NCBI GenBank assembly: GCA_951406725.2
Contig: OX597818.1
Span: 105,772,001 to 105,836,000 of the forward strand
Direction of reading: 5' to 3'
Length of the DNA: 64,000 nucleotides
DNA from: Octopus vulgaris
Lineage: Eukaryota
The translations under genes and the position numbers were made by a program. Shown here piece by piece: positions 1 through 11,130 of the stretch (its first letter is position 1; each line of letters starts with the position of its first letter). The notes beneath the pieces were generated by a model. The model had not been told where the DNA came from, made no database searches, and saw nothing but the letters and a program-made list of their open reading frames with translations.

Positions 1-340
1 AAGAAGAAAGGTATTCGTAGGTTTAGTAGAAGGTGATTTAATAATATGAAGAGAAGTAACTTAGAAGAGTAAATTTCTCAGATTTCATAGATAGTGAGTT
101 GTTATTAATGAATTAAAATATAGAATCTGTTGGAAATAATATTTACTACCCGCGGAGAAAGGTTAATTAGTTAGGTAAAAAGATCCTAGGTTAATTATAT
201 ATTAAGAAATGGAATTGAGATAATCAAGGTGAACCGAATAGTTTCCTTAGGAACATAGAATTTATACTATTTAGTATAGGAGAATATCAAAAAAGGAGAA
301 TTTAATTCTAAGTTTGCAATGAAGTTTTTTAGTAATCTCT

Positions 341-760
341 TTTTTACTCTTTACTCTTTTACTTGTTTCAGTCATTTGACTGTGGCCATGCTGGAGCACC
401 ACCTTTAGTCGAGCAAATCGACCCCAGGACTTATTCTTTGTAAACCCAGTACTTATCCTATCGGTCTCTTTTGCTGAACCGCTAAGTGACGGGGACGTAA
501 ACACACCAGCATCGGTTGTCAAACAATGCTAGGGGGACAAACACAGAAACACAAGCACACACACACATAGATATATATATATATATATACATATATACGA
601 CAGGCTTCTTTCAGTTTCCGTCTACCAAATCCACTCACAAGGCATTGGTCGGCCCAGGACTATAGCAGAAGACACTTGCCCAAGATGCCATGCAGTGGGA
701 CTAAACCCAGAACCATGTAGTTGGTTAGCAAGCTACTTACCACACAGCCACTCCTGCGCC
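341..760 (-). mobile_element. tRNA-derived CORE-type SINE (octopus OR1/OR2-like), full length
   Basis: The minus strand begins GGCGCAGGAGTGGCTGTGTGGTAAG (A-box-like), then GGTTTAGTCCC (B-box-like) and TTGGGCAAGTGTCTT (CORE-like). It has an internal (TA/TG)n tract and an (AAGAGTA)-like tail. Partial copies lie at ~9527-9640, ~25890-26040, ~28330-28510 and 34378-34501. Confidence 0.8.
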
Positions 761-855
761 TATGTATGTTGAATTAAAAACCAGTATGGTATATTCGTTC
801 TTAATTGGTTATAAAGAATTAAAATTTGAAAAATCTAGGAATATTCACAATATTA

Positions 856-2657
856 TTATTTAAAATGTTTAAACGTACGGGTTGTGCGATGTATGCAAGA
901 TACTCCTGGCTCCGAACAGTTATTTAACAGATTTGTATTACTCCAATGTTTTAAAATTTCATGTGTTTCCATAGAACAAAGTTCACAACCATCCCTACTA
1001 TTTTTATAAGGCCATGCTTTTCTTAGTATATCCCATTTCAGGTTGAATTCTATATTATTCGTTTTTAGTTCCCAAATCTTACTAGACAATGTTGTGCAAC
1101 CTGCTTTGTGTTTGAGCCTAAAGGAGGAAAAATGATTGTTTAAAGGTTTTTTTAAATCTACCGAACAACCAAAATAAAGATAGTTGTTATTTGAAGTTAT
1201 TATTGTACATTTATAAATCACATTTTGGACCGAACAACGGCCAGATACTGGACATTTCGACCTAATCCTACAATCACAACTAGGGGGATAATTTCTAGTA
1301 CTAGTATTATTTATGGACAATTCATTTTCATTTCTGTTATTTGAGTTGTTATTAGTATTAGTGTTATTTTCTCTAATAGTAGTTACATTGTTATGCAAAC
1401 TGGAGTTACTAGTTATTAAGCTATCCTCATTATCATCACCTACTACACTTTTATCTATACTACCTATATTATTGATGTTGCTATTATCATTATTTATATT
1501 AATGTTGATATTATTGTTATTATTATCATCATCATTATTAATATTATTATTACTATTACCATTATTATTATTATTATCATTATTATTATTGCTATTTTTA
1601 TTATTATTATTACTATTATTGTTATTGTTACTATTTATTCTATCCCTAGCTAACTTAATATTTTTACTATTAAGTCTAGCTATTATGGTAGCCATATTTG
1701 GGAGAGTAGAATATGATATTCTTACTGATTTCTTAAAAATTATTTTATAATATTTATGGGAAGCTGGGAAGTTTCTTTCCAGTATAGACATAAATCTACT
1801 GTATATATTCCTCGAGATCGCACAGTTGAAGGGGATATTTAGCCAAATAACATTTTTTCTTTTATATTTTTTGTTTGAGTAAGAGTGGGAAAGATTAGTG
1901 TTATCCATATTCTTACAAGATTCATTATTCATTTTAGTCTTATTTTTATGTTTATTAGGTTTTTTCTTTGTGGGAGAAATTTTTGTATACTTATTTATGT
2001 TTATTATATCTGGATTAGCATTTTCATATTTATTTCTGATCTGTTTACTATTTCCATTCTTATTATTGGGTTTATACACTAGGTTCTCTTCTTCTATTGA
2101 TTTATGTTTATTTTGAGTATGAGATTCTATATTACTTGAGCCATTTACATTCACTCCATCGTTTAGGAGATTTATGTTATCAAGATCTAGGAAGGTGATT
2201 TCCTGGTCATACCCAGCCTTGGATAATACAGCATTATAATGATTAGAGTGAGAGTCAAAGATTTCAATATTTGATGATAATTTTGAAATTCTCTGATAAA
2301 TATTTTTCACTATTGATTTAAGTATATTCGGTGGGTGATTGGATGATTTATTTACATATCTGGTAACTTCACCTTCCTTTCTAAATGGGTGATGTAACTT
2401 TGAATTTAAATCTAAGGTAACGTCTAGAAAATTCACTATCTTGGTGTTAGGTTCATACGTAATGCCTAGGTTGAAATCTTTGAAAAATTTACTAATTTTC
2501 TTTTTTATTCTCTCAATTTTTGATTTATTGTTACTAGGTACAATAAACAAAGCATCATCTCTATATAAAAACCACCTTGTAATTCCGGGATATCCCTACT
2601 TATGCATTTTAATAAATACACTCCTACTAGATTAGTTATCTCCGCCGAATCACTTGA
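856..2657 (-). mobile_element. Penelope-like retroelement (Naiad-type), 5'-truncated: RT C-terminal half plus GIY-YIG endonuclease
   Basis: Reads SSDSAEITNLVGVYLL..GG, then a 1-nt frameshift in the T-run near 2567-2571, then LYRDDALF..NFLDVTLDL..YVNKSSNHPP..RISKLSS. It continues CDCR....CPVSGRC, VIYKC..YFG (GIY-YIG), R/H-type NNHFSSF, LSSKIWELK and CELC. ORF 856-2550 is open for 564 codons. Confidence 0.9.
1475..1640. repeat. Imperfect (ATT/AAT)n microsatellite inside the Penelope ORF, encoding poly-Asn
   Basis: Long run of ttattattg/attattatc triplets; translates in frame as NNNNNSNNNNK... Confidence 0.9.
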
Positions 2658-2658
2658 G

Positions 2659-2694
<36 letters not shown>

Positions 2695-2754
2695 CATATA
2701 TATATAAATACACATACACGCACACACACATATATATACATACATATTTATATA

Positions 2755-3011
2755 TCATCATCATCATCATCATTTAATGTCTGTTTTCCATGCTGGCAAG
2801 GTTTGAATAGTCTGACTGAAAACTGGCAAGCTGGGGAGCTACACCAAGTTCCAATCTGATTTGGCATGGTTTTTACAGCTGGATACCCTTCCTAATTCCA
2901 ACCACTCCAAGAGTGTTGTGGGTGCTTTTTCTGTTCCACTGGCACAGATGCCATTTACAAAACACTGGCATCAGCCATGACTACGATCTAACTTGGCTTG
3001 ACAGGTCTTCC
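2755..3011 (-). mobile_element. RTE LINE 3' end with (GAT)n tail
   Basis: (CAT)n followed by tttaatgtctgttttccatgctggc..ctggatacccttcctaa. Same family as 4855-5187, 10218-10890, 26715-26866, 29815-30090, 42324-42630, 42935-43258, 51470-51640 and 52258-52440. Confidence 0.75.
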
Positions 3012-3012
3012 C

Positions 3013-3041
<29 letters not shown>

Positions 3042-3043
<2 letters not shown>

Positions 3044-3295
3044 GAAGTATATTTGCCACTTAAATGTGGCTAACCCTTAAGGGTGGATGCTACTGTAGCT
3101 TGTAGCCCCTGGAGGACATCTCCTCCAGCTGGCTATTGACACACTTTCTGTGCCCTATGAGTATTTGCAAAGGGAAGCCATCCTTCCCATTTTCAACCTG
3201 ACATGATATAGCCGGACTCTCGAGTTTCTGGGTATCTGCTACAGTAGCATCCACCCTTAAGGTTTAACCACATTTAAGTGGCAAATATACTTCAC
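3042..3295. mobile_element. Small inverted-repeat element with ~58-bp arms; MITE or Penelope pLTR-derived
   Basis: gtgaagtatatttgccacttaaatgtggctaacccttaagggtggatgctactgtagc (3042-3099) is the near-perfect reverse complement of 3238-3295. Confidence 0.8.
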
Positions 3296-3409
3296 GATGT
3301 TGTGCAGTTACTGTTTATACCTCGCTCAGAGATTTATTATATATACATACATATACACACATATATATGTATATATTGCTTTTAATGTTGGCTTGCTTTT
3401 AATGTTGGT

Positions 3410-5187
3410 GAAAAGAAAGAGGCTTGGAGAAGCCATTATGGAAGACTGCTGAATGTGGAGAATGAATGGGAGGAGGAGAGCCTGCCAAATGTTGACCCAG
3501 TAGAGGGACCAGCTATCCAAATAGACAGCTCCCTTGTAGTTAAGGCAATTAAGGGTATGAAACCAGGTAAAGCCCCTGGCCCATCAGGAATCCCTGCTGA
3601 GATGCTTAAAACAGCTGGTTATGTGGGCTATGGCCTAGTCACCCGCATTGTAAACCAGGTAGTTCATAATGGAGTCATACCCAATGACTGGCGTAGCAGC
3701 ACCATAGTCAACTGCTACAAGGGTAAGGGTGATGCTCTAGATAGAAATAACTTACAGGGGTATTAAACTGTTGGATCAGGTGATGAAGGTCACAGAGAGG
3801 GTCATAACCCATCTCATTAGGGAGAGAATTTGCTTAGATGAGATGCAGTTTGGTTTTGTGCCGGATAGAAGCACCACTGATGCTATATTCCTGGTCTGAC
3901 AACTGCAGGAGAAGTACCTAGCTAAAGATAAACCCCTCTACATAGCTTTTGTGGACTTGGAGAAAGCCTTTGACAGGGTCCCCCGATCCCTTATCTGGTG
4001 GTCGATGCGGAAACTGGAGATTGACAAATGGCTAATAAGGGCTGTACAGGCCCTATACAGAGAGGCTGTCAGCAAGGTTAGGATTGGCAACGAATATAGT
4101 GAAGAATTCTGGGTAGAAGTAGGTGTACACCAAGGCTCAGCCCTCAGCCCCCTTTTATTCATCATAGTCCTCCAGGCAATAACAGAGGAATTCAAAACAG
4201 GTTGCCCCTGGGAGCTCCTCTATGCTGATGACCTGGCCCTCATAGCAGAATTACTACCGGAACTAGAAAAGGAATTTCGGGTGTGGAAGCAAGGGTTAGA
4301 ATCAAAGGGCCTTAGAGTAAATGTAGCAAAGACCAAAGTTATAGTAAGCAGAAAGGCAAACTCAGCACACACCCCATCGGGCAGGTGGCCCTGCTCGATC
4401 TGTAGGAAAGGCATAGGTAGAAACTCCATAAGATGCACCCAGTGTAAGCTATGGATGCATAAGAGGTGCAGCAACATCAAAGGGAAATTAACTGATAAGA
4501 TAGCTTTCATGTGCGGCAGATGCACAGCGACAATAGACACCACAAATACTCAGAAAACAGATTCCATCACACTCCAGGGGGAGAAACTAGAAGTAGTCGA
4601 TAGTTTCCGCTACCTGGGTGACCAAGTTAGTAGTGGAGGTGGATGCTCAGAGAGTGTCACCACTAGAATACGAGTAGCCTGGGCAAAATTTAGAAAGTTC
4701 CTACCCCTACTGGCGACAAAGGGTCTCTCACTCAGAGTGAAAGGTAGATTGTATGATGCTTGTGTCTGAACTGCCATGCTTCACGGCAGTGAAACATGGG
4801 CCATGACTGCAGAGGACATGCATAGACTTGAAAGAAATGAAGCTAGCGTTGCCTCGACTGGCTTCTGTGCTGGTGGCACATAAAAAGCACCATCCAAACG
4901 TAGCCGATGCCAGCGCCGCCTTGGCTGGCTTCCGTGCTGGGGACACGTTAAAAGCACCAACCGATCGTGGACGATGCCAGACTCCCCTGGCACCTGTGCC
5001 GGTGGCACGTAAAAAGCACCCACTACACTCGCGGAGTGGTTGGCGTTAGGAAGGGCATCAAGCTGTAGAAACACTGCCAGATCAGACTGGAGCCTGGTGC
5101 AGCCCCTGGCTTCCCAGAACCCGGTCGAACCGTCCAACCCATGCTAGCACGGAAAACAGACGTTAAACGATGATGATGATGATGATG
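3410..5187 (+). mobile_element. RTE-clade LINE, 5'-truncated and decayed; RT with an embedded PHD-like Cys/His finger, joined to the 3' UTR and (GAT)n tail
   Basis: Motifs GKAPGPSGI, IPNDWRSSTIVNCYKGKGD, QFGF, FVDLEKAFDRVPR, GVHQGSALSPLLF, LLYADDL, FRYLG and LHGSETW. Frameshift near 3750 and stops near 3896 and 4767. Jumps to the 3' UTR at ~4850. Confidence 0.93.
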
Positions 5188-5496
5188 AACATACATATAT
5201 ATGTGTATGTGTATATATATATATATATATAGAAGATAAGAAAATGGAGAAATACATCTAAATCAAATATCAATTACCAGATAATACTCAATCACATACT
5301 TTATTAAACCACCACATAAGAGACTGTAGGGTTAAACATAAAAAAGCAGAACAGATCAGTGTACATAAAGGAATGTACATAAAAAAGTGTACATAAAAGA
5401 GTAATGTTGTATAATAAGTAGAATATATATAAAAAAGAGAATATAAATATAAGTAAATATAAATATAAGTATAGATTACATCTTACAGCTGTTTCG

Positions 5497-5532
<36 letters not shown>

Positions 5533-5658
5533 TATGTTTTTCGTCTCTCTATGTGTTCGACGTCCTTTTGGTGTCCTGTACACATATATGCGTGTATATG
5601 TACATGTAGAGGTAGGTACGTACATATATGTTTATATATATGCATATATTTTATTAAC

Positions 5659-5689
<31 letters not shown>

Positions 5690-5711
5690 CATACACATAT
5701 ATATATATATA

Positions 5712-6195
5712 CTAGCAGCTAAGCCTGGTTTTATCCGGTCAGTTTGGATAATGTGGCTGTAAAACCTGCTCTGTGTAAGCAGTCAACTTGTTTGGGCATG
5801 CTTACATTAGAAAACAATTTTAGAATGACTTTTTTCTGTCAAAATGCTAAAAATAACTGACCAATAAAAAAAAAAAACCAAAATTTATTCAAATCAAAAA
5901 ATAAACCCAAATACTAAGCAAACAAAGATGAACCATCCCACTTCCATTGCATGTGCACACACAAACACACACACATACACACACTCACGCACATACACAC
6001 ACACACATTCACATACCCCCCTTTTACATACACATACATATATTCACACAGAGTTGAAATGCTGTTTGGTTTATTTTTTTTCAGCATACAATTTTCATCA
6101 TCCCACTACCAAGTATGACAACACCGCTTCCTTCCTTATTCATCTATCACCCCTTCCTTTCTCATTCATAAACACAAGAGTATTATTATAGTAGA
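5712..6195 (-). mobile_element. Non-autonomous Helitron
   Basis: Minus strand reads A|TCTACTATAATAAT ... CCGGATAAAACCAGG (degenerate hairpin) CTTAGCTGCTAG|T, i.e. 5'-TC and 3'-CTAG inserted at an AT with no TSD. Confidence 0.6.
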
Positions 6196-6362
6196 TTATC
6201 TTGGTAACCATGGGAGCTATGAAAAAATACAAAGCCCAGCATCACTACCGGATCATTCTACACATTTGTGTAATTTTTCGTGCTATTCCACCCAGCCATT
6301 TGACTGTGAATCACAAGACAAGAAAGAATCGCCCCTGTCAAATTTATATGGATAGATATACA

Positions 6363-6821
6363 CGAGAGGGTGCTGAAAAGTTCCTGGCTTTAAGGGTATC
6401 ATGAAGGCAGCGAGCTGGCAGAAGTGTTAGCACGCCGGGCGAAATGCTTTGTGGTATTTCGTCTGCCGTTACGTTGTGAGTTCAAATTACGCCGAGGTCG
6501 ACTTTGCCTTTCATCCTTTCGGGGTCGATAAATTAAGCACCAGTTACGCACTGGGGTCGATGTAATCAACTTAATACCTATGTCTGTCCTTGTTTGTCCC
6601 CTCTATGTTTAGCCCCTTGTGGGTAATAAAGAAATAGGTATCATGAAAAGCCTGGTTGGAGGCCCAGCTTTCCAGGTTCTTTTTTACATGACTTAAAAAA
6701 AATGGAAGGACTACTGCAATAAGTGTTTGAATCTGAGAGGAGAATACGTTGAATAAAACCTTAATTAACTGATCTTCCTGTATTTTCTTTTACCCAAAGC
6801 CAGAAACTTTTCAGCACTCCC

Positions 6822-6823
<2 letters not shown>
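6363..6823 (+). mobile_element. Internally deleted mariner element (MITE-like), interrupted by a SINE
   Basis: TIRs cgagagggtgctgaaaagttcctggcttt and aaagccagaaacttttcagcactccctg, followed by TA. Retains the transposase C-terminus YCNKCLNLRGEYVE* at ~6712-6755. Confidence 0.8.
6406..6636 (+). mobile_element. tRNA-derived SINE with a Meta-domain-like core (OK-like), with target-site duplication
   Basis: GGCAGCGAGCTGGCAGAAG head, GAGTTCAAATT B-box and GCCTTTCATCCTTTCGGGGTCGATAAATTAAG core. 11-bp TSD ggtatcatgaa at 6395-6405 and 6637-6647. Confidence 0.85.
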
Positions 6824-6883
<60 letters not shown>

Positions 6884-7929
6884 TCTGTATGCATGTAAGT
6901 GCAGATTTGTGTGTATGTGTGTGCGTGCATGTGCGTGTGTGTGTATGTGTGTGCATATTCACATGTGTGTTACTGTCTTCAAAATCTTGGCATCACATGA
7001 TAGTTGCAAATGAGTGTTGCAATCATGCTAATGGTGTCCTTTGTTTCTAATCTTCCAAGGCATGTCTGGTCATGAGGCAATATTACTTTACTTGGAAACA
7101 GGTCAGAGTTAGCAGCAGGAAGAGCATCTACCTGTAAAAAAATGCATCGCAACAAATTCCATCCCAGCCATGCAAGCATGGAGAAGTGGATGTTAAACTG
7201 CGATCCTGATAATGACGACGATGACAATGATGATGATGATGGTGGTGGTGGTGGTGGTGGTAATGGTGATGATGATGCTCTTTAAACATGGACTAAATGT
7301 GTGATGGATTTTTCTTAATCCTTAAATTATATTTTCAAAATAAAATATCTGTAGCACTCCAATATATCCCTCGATACATACTAGTGTGTTGTGAGGTACT
7401 CCTTGAAAAGCACTGACATAGTGTTCCCCTAGTACACTCTTTTCATGTTGATTGTATTATCATTGTTAACTATTAATTAACTATTAATTCCACTTGAACA
7501 GAGCTATAGAATGTAGGTAGCTAATCAAATAATACTTTGGTACTAACCACATATCCAACACTGCAAAAAATATAGACATGTGTATTAGTTGAGTCTAATA
7601 TCAATATTAGTCATTTCCTCTTTATTTAGGTGTAAATCAGGTGGTTGACCCCATTTTAAAGACAATAAAGAAGTTTTTTGAGGGAATATTATCTGCCTAC
7701 ATAAAATAGTGGTCTAAGTACTTAAATAGTAAGAAGTTCTACTGTCGTAATGTTTATTTCTTTATTTGCCAGAAGGACAATAAGACAATATTAGAATATG
7801 GTGCAGTACAATATATATTAAACAAATAAGCATAGAAGTGGTGAGTTGCATAAACATATACATGCATACATATCTGTATGCACACACACATACTCATACA
7901 TACACACATACATACATAAAATATATGAA

Positions 7930-8070
7930 AAGAGTGGCCTAGTGGTTAAGGTGTTAGGGTTGTGGAATTGAGCTCATATAAGGTTGTAAGTTCAATTCCA
8001 GGACCTGGTGATGCATTGTGTTTTTGAGCAAGGTACTTCATTTCACATTGTTCTGCTGCAATGAGTATTA
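7930..8070 (+). mobile_element. Decayed tRNA/CORE SINE head
   Basis: GTGGCCTAGTGGTTAAGG A-box, AGTTCAATTCC B-box and TTGAGCAAGGTACTT CORE-like motif. Confidence 0.55.
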
Positions 8071-8299
8071 ACTAAGTATTGGTGCAGGCCTCTCTCTCTC
8101 TCCCCAGCAGATCACAGAACAGCCACGGCAGATCTTTGATCTGTTCAACCTAGCCATAGCTATTTAGAACTAGATTATCCATTATATAACTTTTTCATAA
8201 CGATTTCTCCCTATTGCAAAAGTTTTACTAATTAATTACATTTTTCTGCCATACAACATTAACTGACTTAGTTTTCAGGGGATAGTCTCATCGTATAAT

Positions 8300-9300
8300 T
8301 TCTCCCATTTATAATGCTTCTGCTCCAGTCTGTCCAGGTTGTGAGCAAAAAGTATGTGAAGTTCTCATTGTGGACCTGTTGACTGCAGATGACACTGTAC
8401 TTGCAACACATTCTGAATAGCAACTGCAATGCCTTATGGACAGCTTCTGAAGAGCCTGCCAAGACTTCAGCTTAGCCATAAGCTTGAAGAATTTTGAAGT
8501 GTAGGACAAATGCATTGAGTACCTTGTTATTGTTATTGCTGACAATTAGGAGCTGGAGGTAGTCTACAAATCCACACATGTTGGATCCACCAACATACCA
8601 GTCCATCCTTAGAGTCTGAGATCAGCATATTGGAAGAGTATCCTCAACTCTTGCTAGGTTGACAAAGAGGATCTGGGAGAACAGTAAGCTAATGACGCAC
8701 ACCTAGATTGCACTCTATAGAGCCTGTGTTCTTCATGCAATACCTTATAGCAGCAAAATATTGAGCCTCTACTCCACACAAGAGCATTGTCTTGATGCCT
8801 TCCACCATTGTACCCTAAGATGTATCCTGGCTATCAAGTGACAGACCAGGTCATAAAAAGTGAGATTCTAGTCTGTTGTCTGATACCCAGTGTTTTCATC
8901 CAGTTCCAACGACAATTTCTTAACTGGCTGGGCCTCATGTTTCAGATGAAAGGATCCAGGGAGACCTACTATATGAGGAATTGGACTCCAGCAAGAGATC
9001 ATAAGGAGGACTTCATCTTTGTTTCAAACGTGTCTGCAAGAAAGACATGAAATCACTGTACATGAATGTTGACAGGTGAGGAGACATTGAAATTAATCAC
9101 ACATGGTGGAGGATGGAACTAGGGGTTCAAAAAGAGTAGAGAATAAGCTAAGACTTGCTGCTGAAGAAAAAGCATACTAAATGAAAAAGTGTCATCAAAA
9201 TGACATTGGCAGGCAGTGCATTGAAATGCATCCACTGCAGTTGGGACCTCATTCCTATGTAGGTCTCTACAACCACAGCAGATAATTGCTCTGTCAGCAA
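8300..9300 (+). mobile_element. Decayed RTE/BovB-type LINE, RT C-terminal half
   Basis: Translation with stops and frameshifts: DLLTADDTVLATHSE*QLQCLMDSF*RACQDFSLAISLKN, IGRVSSTLARLTKRIWEN, ALYRACVL, DAFHHCTLRCIL, and a C-terminal CxxC..GLYNHSR finger. Confidence 0.8.
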
Positions 9301-9491
9301 AACCAAAACCAAACTTTCCAGGTGCTGATTATTAATTAGCACCCAGCATTAGCCAGGTGTTGATTACAAAACACTGGCATTGGCCACAACTGCAATCTCA
9401 CTTGGCTTGATAGGTCTTCTCAAGCATGGTATATTACCAAAGGTCTTGGTCACTTGTCACTGCCTGTATGAGGCCTAAAGTTCGAAGGGTG

Positions 9492-9529
<38 letters not shown>

Positions 9530-9676
9530 ACAGGCTTCTTTCTGTTTTGGTCTAGCAAATTCACTCACAAGGCTTTGGTGTCCGAAGCTATAGCAGAAGA
9601 CACCTGCACAAGGTGTCACACAGTGGGACTGAACCTGGATATATATATATATATATATATAAAATTATTATTATAA

Positions 9677-10074
9677 TTATTGAGTTTGAAAACACAATTT
9701 ATTAATTAATTAACATATTCACCAACAATTGTTTCATTTCTAAACCAAAATTAAAACTACAAAATATATATAAATATAGAATTTTGCATTTTTAAAATAC
9801 CTTGGATGGAAAATCATCAGAGTACACAAAGGACAGTACAAGGATTACATTATGATCCATTGGGATATTCAGAATATATATATATAGTCCTGTTTATTAT
9901 ATGTATTTGTGCACCCTGATGATTTTCTATCCAAGGTATTTTAAAATGCAAAATTATATATGTTTTATAGTTTTAATTTTGGTTGAAAAATGAAACAATT
10001 GTAAGTGAATATGTTAATTAATTAATAAATTAATTTGCATTCATTAAATCTCTTTGTTTTCAAACTCGATAATA
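9677..10074. mobile_element. Inverted-repeat element (~150-bp arms), each arm carrying a type I hammerhead-like motif; likely Penelope pLTR-derived
   Basis: 9677-9830 is the reverse complement of 9906-10074. The plus arm has CACC-CTGATGA (9916-9922)...GAAAC-AATT-GTA. The minus arm has CTGATGA...GAAAC-AATT-GTT-GGTG. Confidence 0.65.
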
Positions 10075-10217
10075 ATATTTCATATTCTACGATATTTTAT
10101 AAAATATATTCACTGAAGAAATATCTCTTCAAAATTCAATATATTAAATCAGTGTATCTTGGATAAAAATATCCCTATAAGAGGTTTAAATATCCTCATT
10201 GTGACTATATATATATA

Positions 10218-10890
10218 TCATCATCATTTAATGTCTGTTGTCCATGCTGGCATGGGTTGGACGGTTTGACTGGGCTAGCATGCTGGAAAGTTGTAGCAGA
10301 CTCCAGTCTGATTTGGCATGGTTTTCTACAGCTGGATGCCCTTCCTAATGCCAACCACTCCGAGAGTGTAACGGGTGCTTTTACATGCCATTTGCATGAC
10401 ACCAGCATATGGGTGCCAATTGCATACGTGCCACCGGTATGGGTGCCAATTTGCATGAAGCCAGTATCTGTCACGATTATGATTTTGCTTGGCTTGATGG
10501 GTCTTCTCAAGCACAACATAGTGACAAAGGTCTTGGTCAGTGCCTCCATGGGGCCCAACACTTGAAAGGAACTCAGCCACTTTGCCTCTATGAGGCCCAA
10601 AGCTTGAAAGGTACTCAGCCACCTTGCCTCTGTCAGGCCCAACACGAGAGGAACTCAGCCACTTAACCTCCGTGAGGTCCAACATTCAAAAGATGTTCTT
10701 TACAGGCCACCTGCATGGGTGCACTTGGCTTGATAGGTCCTCTCAAGCACAGCATATTGCCAAAGGTCTGTCGCCAGTTATTGCCTCTGTGAAGCTCAAA
10801 GATCGAAGATCATGCTTCACCACCTTGTCCCATTTCTTCCTGGGTCTACCTCTACCATAGGCTCCCTCCGCAGAGATCAGCACTTCTTTT
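10218..10890 (-). mobile_element. RTE LINE 3' end (ORF C-terminus, 3' UTR, (GAT)n) with internal tandem duplications
   Basis: GRGRPRKKWDKVVKHDLR at ~10800-10858, then three to four ~40-bp copies of ggaactcagccactttgcctc..aggccca (10545-10685), then the standard 3' UTR. Confidence 0.8.
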
Positions 10891-10908
10891 ATACAGCTAT
10901 ATATTTAT

Positions 10909-11130
10909 ATTCTTTTCTACTCTAGGCACAAGGCCTGAAATTTTTGCGGGTGGGGAGGGAGCCAGTCGATTAGATCGACCCCAGTACGCAACTGCTACTT
11001 AATTTATCGACTTCCAAAGGATGATAGGCAAAGTCGACCTCAGAGGAATTTGAACTCAGAATATAAAGACAGACGAAATACTGTGAAGCATTTCGTCAGG
11101 CAAGTTAACGTTTCTGCCAGCTGGCCGCCT
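10909..11130 (-). mobile_element. Meta-domain-like SINE (same family as 6406-6636)
   Basis: Reverse complement begins GGCGGCCAGCTGGCAGAAACG and contains GAGTTCAAATTCC and the TTTGCCTATCATCCTTTGG..GTCGATAAATTAAGTA core. Confidence 0.8.

Noticed and set aside
346-760. tRNA genes suggested by A/B boxes (also at 6406 and 7930)
   Set aside because: No cloverleaf; the boxes run into SINE core and tail sequence.
1313-1750. 145-aa Leu-rich, membrane-like ORF on the plus strand
   Set aside because: Antisense reading of the (AAT)n tract in the Penelope ORF.
10545-10685. CRISPR-like short direct repeats
   Set aside because: Eukaryotic context, no unique spacers and no cas genes; the units derive from the RTE ORF end.
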